DNA of 14,827 nucleotides from a virus (Duplodnaviria; Heunggongvirae; Uroviricota; Caudoviricetes): IMG/VR virus record IMGVR_UViG_2534681999_000018, positions 1 to 14,827 of that record; one strand, 5' to 3'. Shown piece by piece: positions 1 to 7,901 of this stretch (position 1 is its first letter; each line of letters starts with the position of its first letter). The notes under the pieces were generated by a model. It saw only the letters and a program-made list of their open reading frames with translations, ran no database searches and was not told where the DNA came from. The position numbers and the translations under genes were made by a program.

Positions 1-231
1 GAAACTCTGCGTGCTGATGTTGCCGCTGGTCGTAAGCGCCTGCGGATCAACGCCACCTGCTCCGGTACCGTGCGTGAAGCCACCGGCACCTCCGGCGTGG
101 ATAATGCAACCGGCCACCGACTGGCAGACACAGCTGAACGGGATTATTTCATCCTCAGAGAACGGTTGATGACAATGCAGAAGCAGCTGGAAGGGGCACA
201 GGACTATATCCGCACTCAGTGCCTGAACTAA
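1..231 (+). CDS. Rz-like i-spanin (phage lysis), 3' portion; 5' end lies outside the window
   Basis: Frame-1 translation ETLRADVAAGRKRLRINATC...ADTAERDYFILRERLMTMQKQLEGAQDYIRTQCLN* aligns by eye with the C-terminal half of phage lambda Rz; stop TAA at 229-231. Confidence 0.85.
   Translation, partial: ETLRADVAAGRKRLRINATCSGTVREATGTSGVDNATGHRLADTAERDYFILRERLMTMQKQLEGAQDYIRTQCLN
2..169 (+). CDS. Rz1-like o-spanin embedded in the +1 frame of Rz, partial (start upstream of window)
   Basis: Frame-2 translation ...LPLVVSACGSTPPAPVPCVKPPAPPAWIMQPATDWQTQLNGIISSSENG* has a lipobox-like VSAC and a proline-rich body like lambda Rz1; stop TGA at about 167-169; nested in Rz as in lambda. Confidence 0.75.
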   Translation, partial: KLCVLMLPLVVSACGSTPPAPVPCVKPPAPPAWIMQPATDWQTQLNGIISSSENG

Positions 232-449
232 GTTTTGCTGATGCGCCGTATCGTCACCGTATTCCTGCATTAACAGAGACCGCAGCCCGACAGGGAGACT
301 CCTCTGCGAGAGTGTGCGGGGATAATCAAAAACGATACACACCGGGGTTTACCGCGTTAACGGAGCGCGGTGTTGTCCCCTCATAGTCGCCAGTCCGGTG
401 CGATGGTGGAAGAAACTGGATTTTGTTGCAAATGATAATCATTATCATT

Positions 450-520
450 TTTGCGGGTCCTCCTGGTGGGGTGGGCCTGAACACGGGGCGGGCGGGCGCG
501 GAAAAAGGCGCATTTTTGTG
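450..520. other. Putative cos site of the resident prophage (cosQ/cosN-like GC-rich block between Rz and Nu1)
   Basis: CGGGTCCTCCTGG (about 454-466) and ACGGGGCGGGCGGGCGCGG (about 482-501) resemble the satellite cos at 11511-11558 but differ in the cosN core; position between lysis and Nu1 genes matches lambda. Confidence 0.45.
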
Positions 521-686
521 ATTTTATCGTCATCATCATCATGATGGTAACTTGTTGTTTTTAATGCTGTTAGTATTAAAAAGATGATGATTGTGGTTGT
601 TTTTTGTTCGACATCTTTATATGGCGGCATTTCTTTACAAAAAAACAGAGTCACTTCTGTTCTGCGGTTTATGTGGAGGGATGTAA

Positions 687-1163
687 ATGGACGGCGAGCT
701 GAAAAATATGAAGTTAAATATTAATCAACTGGCAGCCCTTTCAGGTCTGCACCGGCAGACTGTTGCCGCCAGAATGGCGGATGTTCCTCTTGCACCAGGC
801 AGTAATGAAAAGAAAAAACTGTATCTCCTGACGGATTTGATAACTTCGTTGCTGGAAAAACCACCATCTTCCGAAGATGAGGATATGGATCCTCACGCTC
901 GTAAGGCATGGTATCAGTCCGAGCGCGAGCGTCTTAAATTTCAGCATGAAACTGTTCAGCTTGTGCCAGTCAGTGATGTCAGGCGGTCCTTTTCTGTCGT
1001 GGTGAAAGCGATAGTTCAGGTACTGGAAACCTGGCCTGACCGGCTGGAGAGGGACAGGGGGTGGACTGCATCACAACTGAATGAAGTACAGATTGTGGTT
1101 GATGAGATCCGCGACACACTGGAAAAGGCAGTCATTGACTGTTGTGATGAGGCCGATATGTGA
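687..1163 (+). CDS. Terminase small subunit, Nu1 family (resident prophage)
   Basis: 158-aa ORF with GGAGGG Shine-Dalgarno upstream; N-terminal MKLNINQLAALSGLHRQTVAARMADVP resembles the lambda Nu1 winged-HTH; stop overlaps the next start (ATGTGA); sits after cos and before terL as in lambda. Confidence 0.7.
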   Translation: MDGELKNMKLNINQLAALSGLHRQTVAARMADVPLAPGSNEKKKLYLLTDLITSLLEKPPSSEDEDMDPHARKAWYQSERERLKFQHETVQLVPVSDVRRSFSVVVKAIVQVLETWPDRLERDRGWTASQLNEVQIVVDEIRDTLEKAVIDCCDEADM

Positions 1164-2167
1164 ATCAGGTGAACGAGAGCCATAGCCGCGCATCCGATAT
1201 CTGGCGCGAAGTGGCCTCGCTGTTTCGCCCACCCAGCCGGTTACCAGTAGCGGAAGCCATCAGGCGTTATATGCGGGTTCCACGGGGAGCCAATACTTCC
1301 GGTCCGTGGGAGTCATCGCTGACGCCCTATATGATTGACCCCATTAATACATTATCAGCCCGTGAATATGACGCGGTGGTGTTTGTGGGACCTGCGCGAA
1401 CCGGGAAAACCGAAGGGCTGATTGATGGCTGGATTGTGTACGGCATCATCTGTGATCCGGCGGATATGCTGGTGGTGCAGATGACTGAGACGAAGGCGCG
1501 TGAGCATTCCAGAACGCGTCTTTCCAGGACGTTTCGCCACAGTCCGGAGGTCAGCAAGCGCCTCAGTCCTTCCCGTAATGACAACAACGTCCACGATAAA
1601 ATGTTTCTTGACGGCTCCTTCCTGAAGATTGGCTGGCCGTCGATCACCGTCTTTTCCTCTTCGGATTACCGTCGTGTGGCGCTGACGGATTATGACCGTT
1701 TCCCTGAAAATGTGGACGGGGAAGGGGATGCCTTCACGCTGGCCTCAAAGCGTACCACCACCTTTATGTCCTCGGGGATGACCCTGGTCGAGAGTTCACC
1801 GGGGCGGGATATCACCGATACCAAATGGCGTTGTGGTGGCGCACATGAGGCACCGCCAACAACGGGGATCCTGTCACTGTATAACCGGGGAGACCGCCGC
1901 CGGTGGTACTGGCCGTGTCCGCACTGCGGGGAATATTTTCAGCCGGTGATGGATAACATGACCGGATACCGGAATAACCCGGATTTTGTGGCTGCCGGTC
2001 AGGCTGCCCGTCTGATGTGTCCGCATTGTCGCGGGCTGATTGCCCCTGAGCAGAAACGCGAACTGAATAACCAGGGGATCTGGCTTCGTGAAGGTGAACG
2101 GGCGGCGGCGGACGGCAGTATCACCGGAACGCCACGAAACTCCCGGATTGCGTCATTTTGGATGTAG
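1160..2167 (+). pseudogene. Terminase large subunit (GpA family), N-terminal ~half only; 3' truncated at the junction with the integrase element
   Basis: 335-aa ORF starting at GTG; Walker A-like GPARTGKTEG and CPHCGEYF...CPHCRG zinc-ribbon-like motif align with the N-terminal ATPase region of lambda gpA (641 aa); ORF stops about 160 bp before the integrase start. Confidence 0.65.
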
Positions 2168-2328
2168 GGTACATTTCTTACCTGTTTGTATGTTCTGGTG
2201 TCGTTTCATAGTCTTTTCAATGAGTTGTGATTTTATGAGTTTCCTCTCTTTGCTTGATAATGAGTTAGTTTATCGCTTGTTATTGGCTTGAATGGACTAC
2301 ATGACGGACTAAAAAATGAGGGCGATAG

Positions 2329-3567
2329 ATGTCGGTAAAGCCATTAACCGTGACTGAAGTTAAGGGGATGAAACCACGTGAAAAGGACTATGCCGTTTAT
2401 GATGGGTTCGGTTTATTGCTGAATGTGAGTAAAGCCGGTGGGAAAGTGTGGCGTTTCCGTTATAGCCATCCGATAACGAAGAAACGGCAGACATACACGA
2501 TAGGACGTTTTCCTGAATTCTCACTCGCGGAAGCACGGGAAGTACGTGATGAACTTCGGCGAATGATTGCACGTGGAGTTGATCCAGTGACGGAGAAGAA
2601 AAATCGTAAAATTGAGATGTCACTAAAAAATCTACAGACATTTGAAGCTGTTGCTAATGCATGGTTCGCTTTTAAAAAGGGATCTGAATTGCGGAAACCT
2701 ACGCTGTATAATATCGAATATGAAGTATACAAATATCTTGTTCCTTTCTTTGGTAAGTACAGTATAGAAAAAATTACAGCACCAGTAGCTATTAATGCTC
2801 TGGATGCCGTATCCGATAAGAATGCGTTGCAAAAAAAATTAATATCAAGATTAAATGAAATTATGAATTATGCTGTAAATTGTGGAGCATTGAAAGCAAA
2901 TCCATTACTTAAGATAAAGACTGCATTCACAGGAAAGAAAAATAAATCATTAGCAGCACTACCTGTTGAAAGATTGCCTGAATTTCTGAGCTGGTGGGAT
3001 AGTGTGCCTCATACCTATCAAATAGCTCATAATGCACTTTTATTCCAGATATTGACAATGGTCAGGCCAGGTGAGGCGATTAAAGCAGAGTGGTCAGAGA
3101 TTGATTTTGATTCTGGCTTGTGGATTATCCCCGCGCATAAAATGAAATGCCATCGTGAACATGTTGTTCCCTTGTCATCACAGGCTATTAGTATCCTCAG
3201 AACAATGCAGGAAATAAAAAGAGGGCGTTATGTGTTTTTTTCCTCCAGAACAAAAGATGCGCCTATGGGGAGGAATACTATCAAGACCCCAATTGCTGCC
3301 AGTAAGTTCAAAGGGATTGTAACGTTACATGGTTTTCGTTCAATGTGGAGTACGCTTTTAAATGAGGAGGGATTTAACCCCGATGTAATCGAGGCTGCAT
3401 TGGCGCATAAAAGTGGTGATAAAATAAGAGATATTTATAATAGAACTATTTATCTAGAACAGCGTAAGATCATGATGCAATGGGTCGGTGATTTTTTTGA
3501 TGATGCGAGAAAAGGGGTAATTAATAGATCCGGTGGTATGAAAGGTTTAAGAGTAGTAAATGGTTGA
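2329..3567 (+). CDS. int: Tyrosine integrase, P4-type (N-terminal arm-binding DUF4102-like domain plus catalytic domain)
   Basis: 412-aa ORF; catalytic-domain motifs including HGFRSMW (H-x-x-R) and a C-terminal tyrosine region (KIRDIYNRTIY); gene is visibly AT-rich relative to flanks. Confidence 0.92.
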   Translation: MSVKPLTVTEVKGMKPREKDYAVYDGFGLLLNVSKAGGKVWRFRYSHPITKKRQTYTIGRFPEFSLAEAREVRDELRRMIARGVDPVTEKKNRKIEMSLKNLQTFEAVANAWFAFKKGSELRKPTLYNIEYEVYKYLVPFFGKYSIEKITAPVAINALDAVSDKNALQKKLISRLNEIMNYAVNCGALKANPLLKIKTAFTGKKNKSLAALPVERLPEFLSWWDSVPHTYQIAHNALLFQILTMVRPGEAIKAEWSEIDFDSGLWIIPAHKMKCHREHVVPLSSQAISILRTMQEIKRGRYVFFSSRTKDAPMGRNTIKTPIAASKFKGIVTLHGFRSMWSTLLNEEGFNPDVIEAALAHKSGDKIRDIYNRTIYLEQRKIMMQWVGDFFDDARKGVINRSGGMKGLRVVNG

Positions 3568-3580
3568 GGAGGTTCAGCAA

Positions 3581-3784
3581 ATGAATACCAATGAAGATAT
3601 TTTATTTACTAAAGACGTAATGAAAATCTTGCGATATGGAGCAATGAGTGCATTCATCAATTTCTGGAAAGATGAGAATAATGGTTTTCCTCAGCCGTTC
3701 AGAATTGGACGACGACATACCTGGCACCGTAGAGATGTAGAAGCATGGTTAGATAAACAACGAGAACAAGCCAATCCCCACTAA
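3581..3784 (+). CDS. AlpA-family DNA-binding protein (excisionase-like regulator)
   Basis: Track ORF 3560..3784; start placed at the internal ATG 3581 preceded by GAGGAGG; motif FPQPFRIGRRHTWHRRDVEAWL is typical of the AlpA/phage transcriptional-regulator family; directly downstream of int. Confidence 0.7.
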   Translation: MNTNEDILFTKDVMKILRYGAMSAFINFWKDENNGFPQPFRIGRRHTWHRRDVEAWLDKQREQANPH

Positions 3785-3796
3785 TAATATCTTTCA

Positions 3797-3823
3797 TACC
3801 CCGCGTGCAATGCGGGGTTTTTT
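3797..3823 (+). terminator. Rho-independent terminator after int-alpA
   Basis: Stem CCCCGC / GCGGGG with a 7-nt loop, followed by TTTTTT. Confidence 0.6.
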
Positions 3824-3843
3824 GTATGTGAGGTAAAAAAGAA

Positions 3844-4422
3844 ATGAATAAAAATATTGCCGTGACGGGCAAGGGTGACGCACGTCATGTAAAAAAAATC
3901 TGTGATTTTCGTGATCTGGTCGTTCTGCGCTTTGATAGTGTGAACGTTCGCGTGGTGTATCTGAACGGCGATCCGTGGTTTGTTGCAAAGGATGTCTGCG
4001 CTGCGCTGGAACTGACCAATTCGCGTACGGCGTTGCAGATGCTTGATGATGATGAAAAGGGAGTAAATTTAACTTACACCCCAGGAGGAAATCAGAATAT
4101 GAGCATTATCTCTGAGTCAGGTTTCTACAAACTAATAGCCCGTAGCCGCAAAGCAACGACGCAAGGCACATTCGCCCATCGTTTCAGTAACTGGGTATTC
4201 AGGAATGTGATACCAGGAATCAGAAAAACGGGGGCTTATGGTATCCCGTGGGGCGCATTACAGGACTTTTCTCGCCGTAAAGAGCAATATCAGTTAAGTG
4301 CTAGTCAGAAGGGGAGGGAGCTACAGGCATGTAAGCGCAAAAAGCGTGAGCTGGAGGAAGAAGAAAAAAGGCTGATACGTGAATATCAGCCTGAGTTTTA
4401 CTTTGGCAACCGCATTCAGTGA
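3844..4422 (+). CDS. Bro-N domain protein (antirepressor-like), with charged coiled-coil C-terminus
   Basis: 192-aa ORF with GAGGT RBS; region VYLNGDPWFVAKDVCAALELTNSRTALQMLDDDEKG...ISESGFYKLIARSRKATTQGTFAHRFSNWVFRNVIPGIRKTGAYG matches the Bro-N domain pattern. Confidence 0.75.
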   Translation: MNKNIAVTGKGDARHVKKICDFRDLVVLRFDSVNVRVVYLNGDPWFVAKDVCAALELTNSRTALQMLDDDEKGVNLTYTPGGNQNMSIISESGFYKLIARSRKATTQGTFAHRFSNWVFRNVIPGIRKTGAYGIPWGALQDFSRRKEQYQLSASQKGRELQACKRKKRELEEEEKRLIREYQPEFYFGNRIQ

Positions 4423-4454
4423 CAAAACAAAGGCGACCCGGATCAGAGGTCGCC
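4421..4454 (-). terminator. Hairpin terminator between convergent bro-N and RHH genes
   Basis: Stem GGCGACC / GGTCGCC (about 4432-4454) with a T-rich tract on the minus strand. Confidence 0.4.
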
Positions 4455-4501
4455 AATGGGAAAACACTAAACATAAGCCCAAACATCATAGCGATTTGTT
4501 G

Positions 4502-4541
4502 GCTGGTGGGCAATGTGATCAGTGTGCTGGCTTGCTGGTGG
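4502..4541 (+). repeat. Two Chi octamers (GCTGGTGG) 32 bp apart, same orientation
   Basis: GCTGGTGG at about 4502-4509 and 4534-4541, each within a repeated TGGCTGGTGGGC / TTGCTGGTGGGC. Confidence 0.85.
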
Positions 4542-4542
4542 G

Positions 4543-4722
4543 CTATTCCTGCTCTTTGGCCTTGCGACGCTGGCGGCGTTTGATCTCGCCTTCAAGTGCC
4601 GAAACGATAAATTGCCCTGTACTTTCGCCATCTTCCTTTAAATTTTCTACAGCATCAGCTATTGCGTGTGGTACTCGAGCCTCAAGCTTTTTGGATTTTG
4701 CATTAACTGCTTTTGTTGCCAT
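4543..4722 (-). CDS. Small ribbon-helix-helix (CopG/Arc-like) DNA-binding protein, candidate repressor
   Basis: 59-aa product MATKAVNAKSKKLEARVPHAIADAVENLKEDGESTGQFIVSALEGEIKRRQRRKAKEQE from internal ATG at 4722 (AGGAA RBS); strand-helix-helix pattern; only minus-strand gene in the element, next to the operator repeats. Confidence 0.55.
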   Translation of the reverse strand: MATKAVNAKSKKLEARVPHAIADAVENLKEDGESTGQFIVSALEGEIKRRQRRKAKEQE

Positions 4723-4743
4723 ATCTGATTTCCTCGTTATTAG

Positions 4744-4825
4744 GTGGCTGACAGTATACACACAAGAAAACGGAAAAACACTATTGACGTGGCTGACACC
4801 CGTTACTAATATAGTGGCTGACACC
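4744..4825. promoter_or_regulatory. Three direct repeats GTGGCTGACA (4744-4753, 4789-4798, 4814-4823) over divergent promoters
   Basis: Exact 10-mer repeated three times; repeats 2 and 3 extend to GTGGCTGACACC; repeat 2 lies in the spacer of the + promoter, repeat 3 at its start site, repeat 1 just downstream of a minus-strand TATACT. Confidence 0.6.
4784..4812 (+). promoter_or_regulatory. Sigma-70-like promoter for the rightward early operon
   Basis: TTGACG (4784-4789), 17-bp spacer, TAATAT (4807-4812). Confidence 0.55.
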
Positions 4826-4916
4826 TTTATCAAGGTAATCGATGAAAAGACAAAGCCCCGCAAGTGTCGTTACCACTCGCAGGGCTTCTAACCAACAACG
4901 TAAACTAGGAGCCGTT

Positions 4917-5114
4917 ATGGTTGCTGTAAATCATATACCACACCTTGTACACACACAAACGGCCTTTGTGTGGCGTTTTCTGGCACTGAGTGCCGGAGAA
5001 TCTCAAATCATCCACGTAACCGCCTGGACGGAACGCGAAGCGCGTAACCGTTGCCCGTCCGGTTGTGTTGCTGTATTTGCCGCCCGTATTCGTCAGGAGG
5101 TGCGCCATGATTAA
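4917..5114 (+). CDS. Hypothetical small protein (possibly Icd-like, recalled family only)
   Basis: 65-aa product from ATG 4917 with AGGAG RBS (track ORF starts at 4842); first gene of a tightly overlapping operon. Confidence 0.45.
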   Translation: MVAVNHIPHLVHTQTAFVWRFLALSAGESQIIHVTAWTEREARNRCPSGCVAVFAARIRQEVRHD

Positions 5115-5319
5115 TCTGTCACTTACTGACCTTAACCGCATTCAGTTTCGTGAGAAATTCACAGGGCAGCTACTGGTCAATGTGGATAAAGGTCGCGTGG
5201 TGTGTAATTACCACTTACCAGATGAAGCAATTGTCGCCACAAGGGAATCATTACAGGAAATCACAAAACGTGCCGGAATGATTAACACGAATATTCAGGG
5301 GATGCTTTATGCACAATAA
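5107..5319 (+). CDS. Hypothetical protein
   Basis: 70-aa product from ATG 5107 with AGGAGG RBS; overlaps the upstream stop by 8 nt. Confidence 0.5.
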   Translation: MINLSLTDLNRIQFREKFTGQLLVNVDKGRVVCNYHLPDEAIVATRESLQEITKRAGMINTNIQGMLYAQ

Positions 5320-5773
5320 AACCACACCGGACGCAGCCGCCGAAGCCATCAAAACGCTGATGCACGCGCTGATTGATATTTCTGTTATCGCGGACAGGGC
5401 ACATAAGCACGCCACCAGCGAAACAGAATATGCCGGTGCTTTCGTTCCTCACTCACTGGCTGTCATGCAATTTAGTGCTGATACGGCGCTGAATGAGGCC
5501 AAAGCTATCCTGATTGCTGATTGTGAAAATGGGGGGGTTATGCGTGATGATCGTTTTAATTCCCTGAAACAGGAATTTTCCGGCGTTCCTGATGATGCGG
5601 CTGATGCGCTTTCGTCAATGCCAGAACTTATTAGAGCGGCTTTTTTCTTACTTTCCACGAGAGAATATAAATCAACGGGGCTTGATGTACTGAATATCGC
5701 CGCCGATTATGCGGAATATGTGGCAGAGGCGCGTTATAGAAGAAAATTTCCTGAGGATGTAAGCCATGCGTGA
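5309..5773 (+). CDS. Hypothetical protein
   Basis: 154-aa ORF overlapping both neighbours; no recognisable motif. Confidence 0.55.
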   Translation: MHNKTTPDAAAEAIKTLMHALIDISVIADRAHKHATSETEYAGAFVPHSLAVMQFSADTALNEAKAILIADCENGGVMRDDRFNSLKQEFSGVPDDAADALSSMPELIRAAFFLLSTREYKSTGLDVLNIAADYAEYVAEARYRRKFPEDVSHA

Positions 5774-5999
5774 TATTTACCACCAAACAATAGACCGCGC
5801 ATTTCTTGCACTTTCTCACAGTGAAAACATGATGGAAATATTGCGCATATGGCTTGAAACACTTGGCGACAATGAACGCGACAAACAAAAATCAAGAATT
5901 GCCACGGCATTAATAACGCTTCTTGAGCCTGTAATAATGGAACTGCAAGAAATAGATCTATTGCACGACAGATATAAAGAACAGCACACCGGAGAATAA
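5766..5999 (+). CDS. Hypothetical protein
   Basis: 77-aa ORF; start overlaps the upstream stop (ATGCGTGA). Confidence 0.5.
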   Translation: MRDIYHQTIDRAFLALSHSENMMEILRIWLETLGDNERDKQKSRIATALITLLEPVIMELQEIDLLHDRYKEQHTGE

Positions 6000-6004
6000 A
6001 AATA

Positions 6005-6304
6005 ATGAAACTTAAATATTCTGGCTTAACTGCCAGTGGCAACACTCACCCTAAATTTACGCGCGGTGATATTTACCGCGACCAGTACGGCGGCACGGTA
6101 ATGATTAAGGGCGTGGAAGAACGGCGCGTAACCTACCGCCGTGAAGGTTACGAATATGATTGCGTGATGCCTGTTTATCAGTTCCGGCGTGATTTTTCTC
6201 TGGTACAGACCGCGCCGCATAACGTGCCCACCAGCAACGCCAGGGCACGGGCAAACATCCAGAAGCTGAAAACCATGGTTAACGGATTCAGGGGCAAGAA
6301 ATGA
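6005..6304 (+). CDS. Hypothetical protein
   Basis: 99-aa ORF; stop overlaps the helicase start (ATGA). Confidence 0.5.
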   Translation: MKLKYSGLTASGNTHPKFTRGDIYRDQYGGTVMIKGVEERRVTYRREGYEYDCVMPVYQFRRDFSLVQTAPHNVPTSNARARANIQKLKTMVNGFRGKK

Positions 6305-7701
6305 AAAGCGCACCGAACTTAAAAAAACAGCCTTACGACAAGATGACCGAAGTCATTATTTTTGCGGGTAGTGATGCCTGGGCACATGCGAAACAGTGGC
6401 AGGAACAGGACGGGCGACTGGCTGGCGATAATGTGCCTCCCGTTGTGCTGGCTGATGATCAACTGGATGAACTGGCAGAACTGAGAATCATCGACGAGGG
6501 GCGCTATTGTGTCCGGCTGTACAAGGCAGGCCACATCAGGCCATCAAATATTAATGCCATTGCGCACAAGCTGGCGGCGGCGGGTGTAACTGATGCGAAT
6601 TATTACCCCGAAGGGATGCACAGCCATATGCGGGAGAACTGGCGCGAATACCTGGAACGGGTGCGCGGGAAAGAGCCGGCGGAAGAAAAAAACCACCAGC
6701 GAAAAACCACGCTACCGATGAGCGTTGGATCTACCGGATACGACACGCAACTGGATTACGTGGTTAAGGGGATTATTCCGGCGGTATCGCTATGCAGCAT
6801 ATACGGGGCTAGCGGGTCCTATAAATCATTCCTTGCCGGATCGTGGGCGTGCCATGTTGCCACTGGTCGCCAGTGGGGAGGCCGCAGGGTTGCACATGGT
6901 GCGGTTCTCTATGTGGTTGGTGAAGGCGGTATAGGTGTTCCGCGTCGTGTAAAAGCCTGGGAGGTTGTGCACGATGAGCAGGTGAAAAATCTGTATCTGG
7001 TAAACCGCCCCATCTTTCCGGCTGCCCCGCTTGATGTTGATGAAATGGTTATCGCTGCCCGTCAGGTGGAGCGGGAAACGGGTAAACCTGTACGCATGAT
7101 TATTCTGGATACGCTGGCGCGTTGCTTTGGTGGGAATGATGAAAATGATTCCCGTGATATGGGGGCGTTTATCCGTGGTTGTGACGAACTGAAACGACGC
7201 ACAGGGGCCACGGTGCTGGTGGTTCACCATTCCGGCAAGGATGAGACGAAAGGCGCGCGCGGTTCCAGTGCATTTCGTGCTTCGCTGGATGCTGAATACC
7301 GGATACGCAGGGAGGACGCAGGAAGCGAAGCGCTGGTTATCTCATGCACCAAAATGAAGGACGCGGAGGAACTCAAAGAAGCCGCATATGACTTACGCGT
7401 GGTGGAGCTTTTTACCGACGCTGACGGTGAATTAATCACGTCGCTGGTGGTGGTGGATGATCCGCGCCCTCCTGTTGAACTGGAGCGCATCGAGGAGGCA
7501 GGGAACAAGACGGAAAACCATACCGCGCTATGGGGGTGCATCCGTTCACGCACACAGAACGGCGACAAGTGCACGATCCCGCTGTTACGTGATGACATGA
7601 AAAAGCTGGGGTATGAAATGAAAAACTTCCGGCGCTGGCTGTACAAGCTGGAAAAAGATGGGGTTATTCGTATCGATGGGGATGATGTAGCGCCGCTATA
7701 A
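6301..7701 (+). CDS. Replicative helicase/ATPase of the RepA/AAA_25 (RecA-like, DnaB-like) type
   Basis: 466-aa ORF; Walker A-like GASGSYKS, Walker B-like RMIILDTLARCF, VLVVHHSGK motif; followed immediately by an iteron cluster. Confidence 0.85.
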   Translation: MKSAPNLKKQPYDKMTEVIIFAGSDAWAHAKQWQEQDGRLAGDNVPPVVLADDQLDELAELRIIDEGRYCVRLYKAGHIRPSNINAIAHKLAAAGVTDANYYPEGMHSHMRENWREYLERVRGKEPAEEKNHQRKTTLPMSVGSTGYDTQLDYVVKGIIPAVSLCSIYGASGSYKSFLAGSWACHVATGRQWGGRRVAHGAVLYVVGEGGIGVPRRVKAWEVVHDEQVKNLYLVNRPIFPAAPLDVDEMVIAARQVERETGKPVRMIILDTLARCFGGNDENDSRDMGAFIRGCDELKRRTGATVLVVHHSGKDETKGARGSSAFRASLDAEYRIRREDAGSEALVISCTKMKDAEELKEAAYDLRVVELFTDADGELITSLVVVDDPRPPVELERIEEAGNKTENHTALWGCIRSRTQNGDKCTIPLLRDDMKKLGYEMKNFRRWLYKLEKDGVIRIDGDDVAPL

Positions 7702-7892
7702 AAGTGAGGAGCAAAAGCGAGGGGGATAGAAAGAGGGCCAAAATTAGCCCGCTCTCCCTCACTTTTCGACCTGTATACATCCTCAAAAGTGAGGGGTAAA
7801 AAAATACTTATGAAACACACACATAGAAAAACCGAAAATCCCAACTGCGACGAAGTGAGACGCTTGAAAAAGTGAGGCGAAAAAGTGAGAGG
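7700..7892. repeat. Iteron cluster, putative replication origin: at least 6 copies of AAGTGAG(G), one inverted
   Basis: AAAGTGAGG at about 7701-7709, inverted CCTCACTTTT 7757-7766, AAAAGTGAGGGG 7785-7796, GAAGTGAGA 7852-7860, AAAAAGTGAGG 7867-7877, AAAAAGTGAGAGG 7880-7892. Confidence 0.6.
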
Positions 7893-7901
7893 TTGCGAGA
7901 A

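Noticed and set aside
445-654. 69-aa minus-strand ORF in the Rz-Nu1 intergenic region
   Set aside because: Lies across the cos-like site and AT-rich repeats; low-complexity translation (DDDDD, TTTIIIF); no RBS.
4379-4891. 170-aa plus-strand ORF spanning the RHH gene and the operator/promoter region
   Set aside because: Covers the intergenic region with repeats and promoters and is antisense to the RHH gene, which has a good RBS and a recognisable fold pattern.
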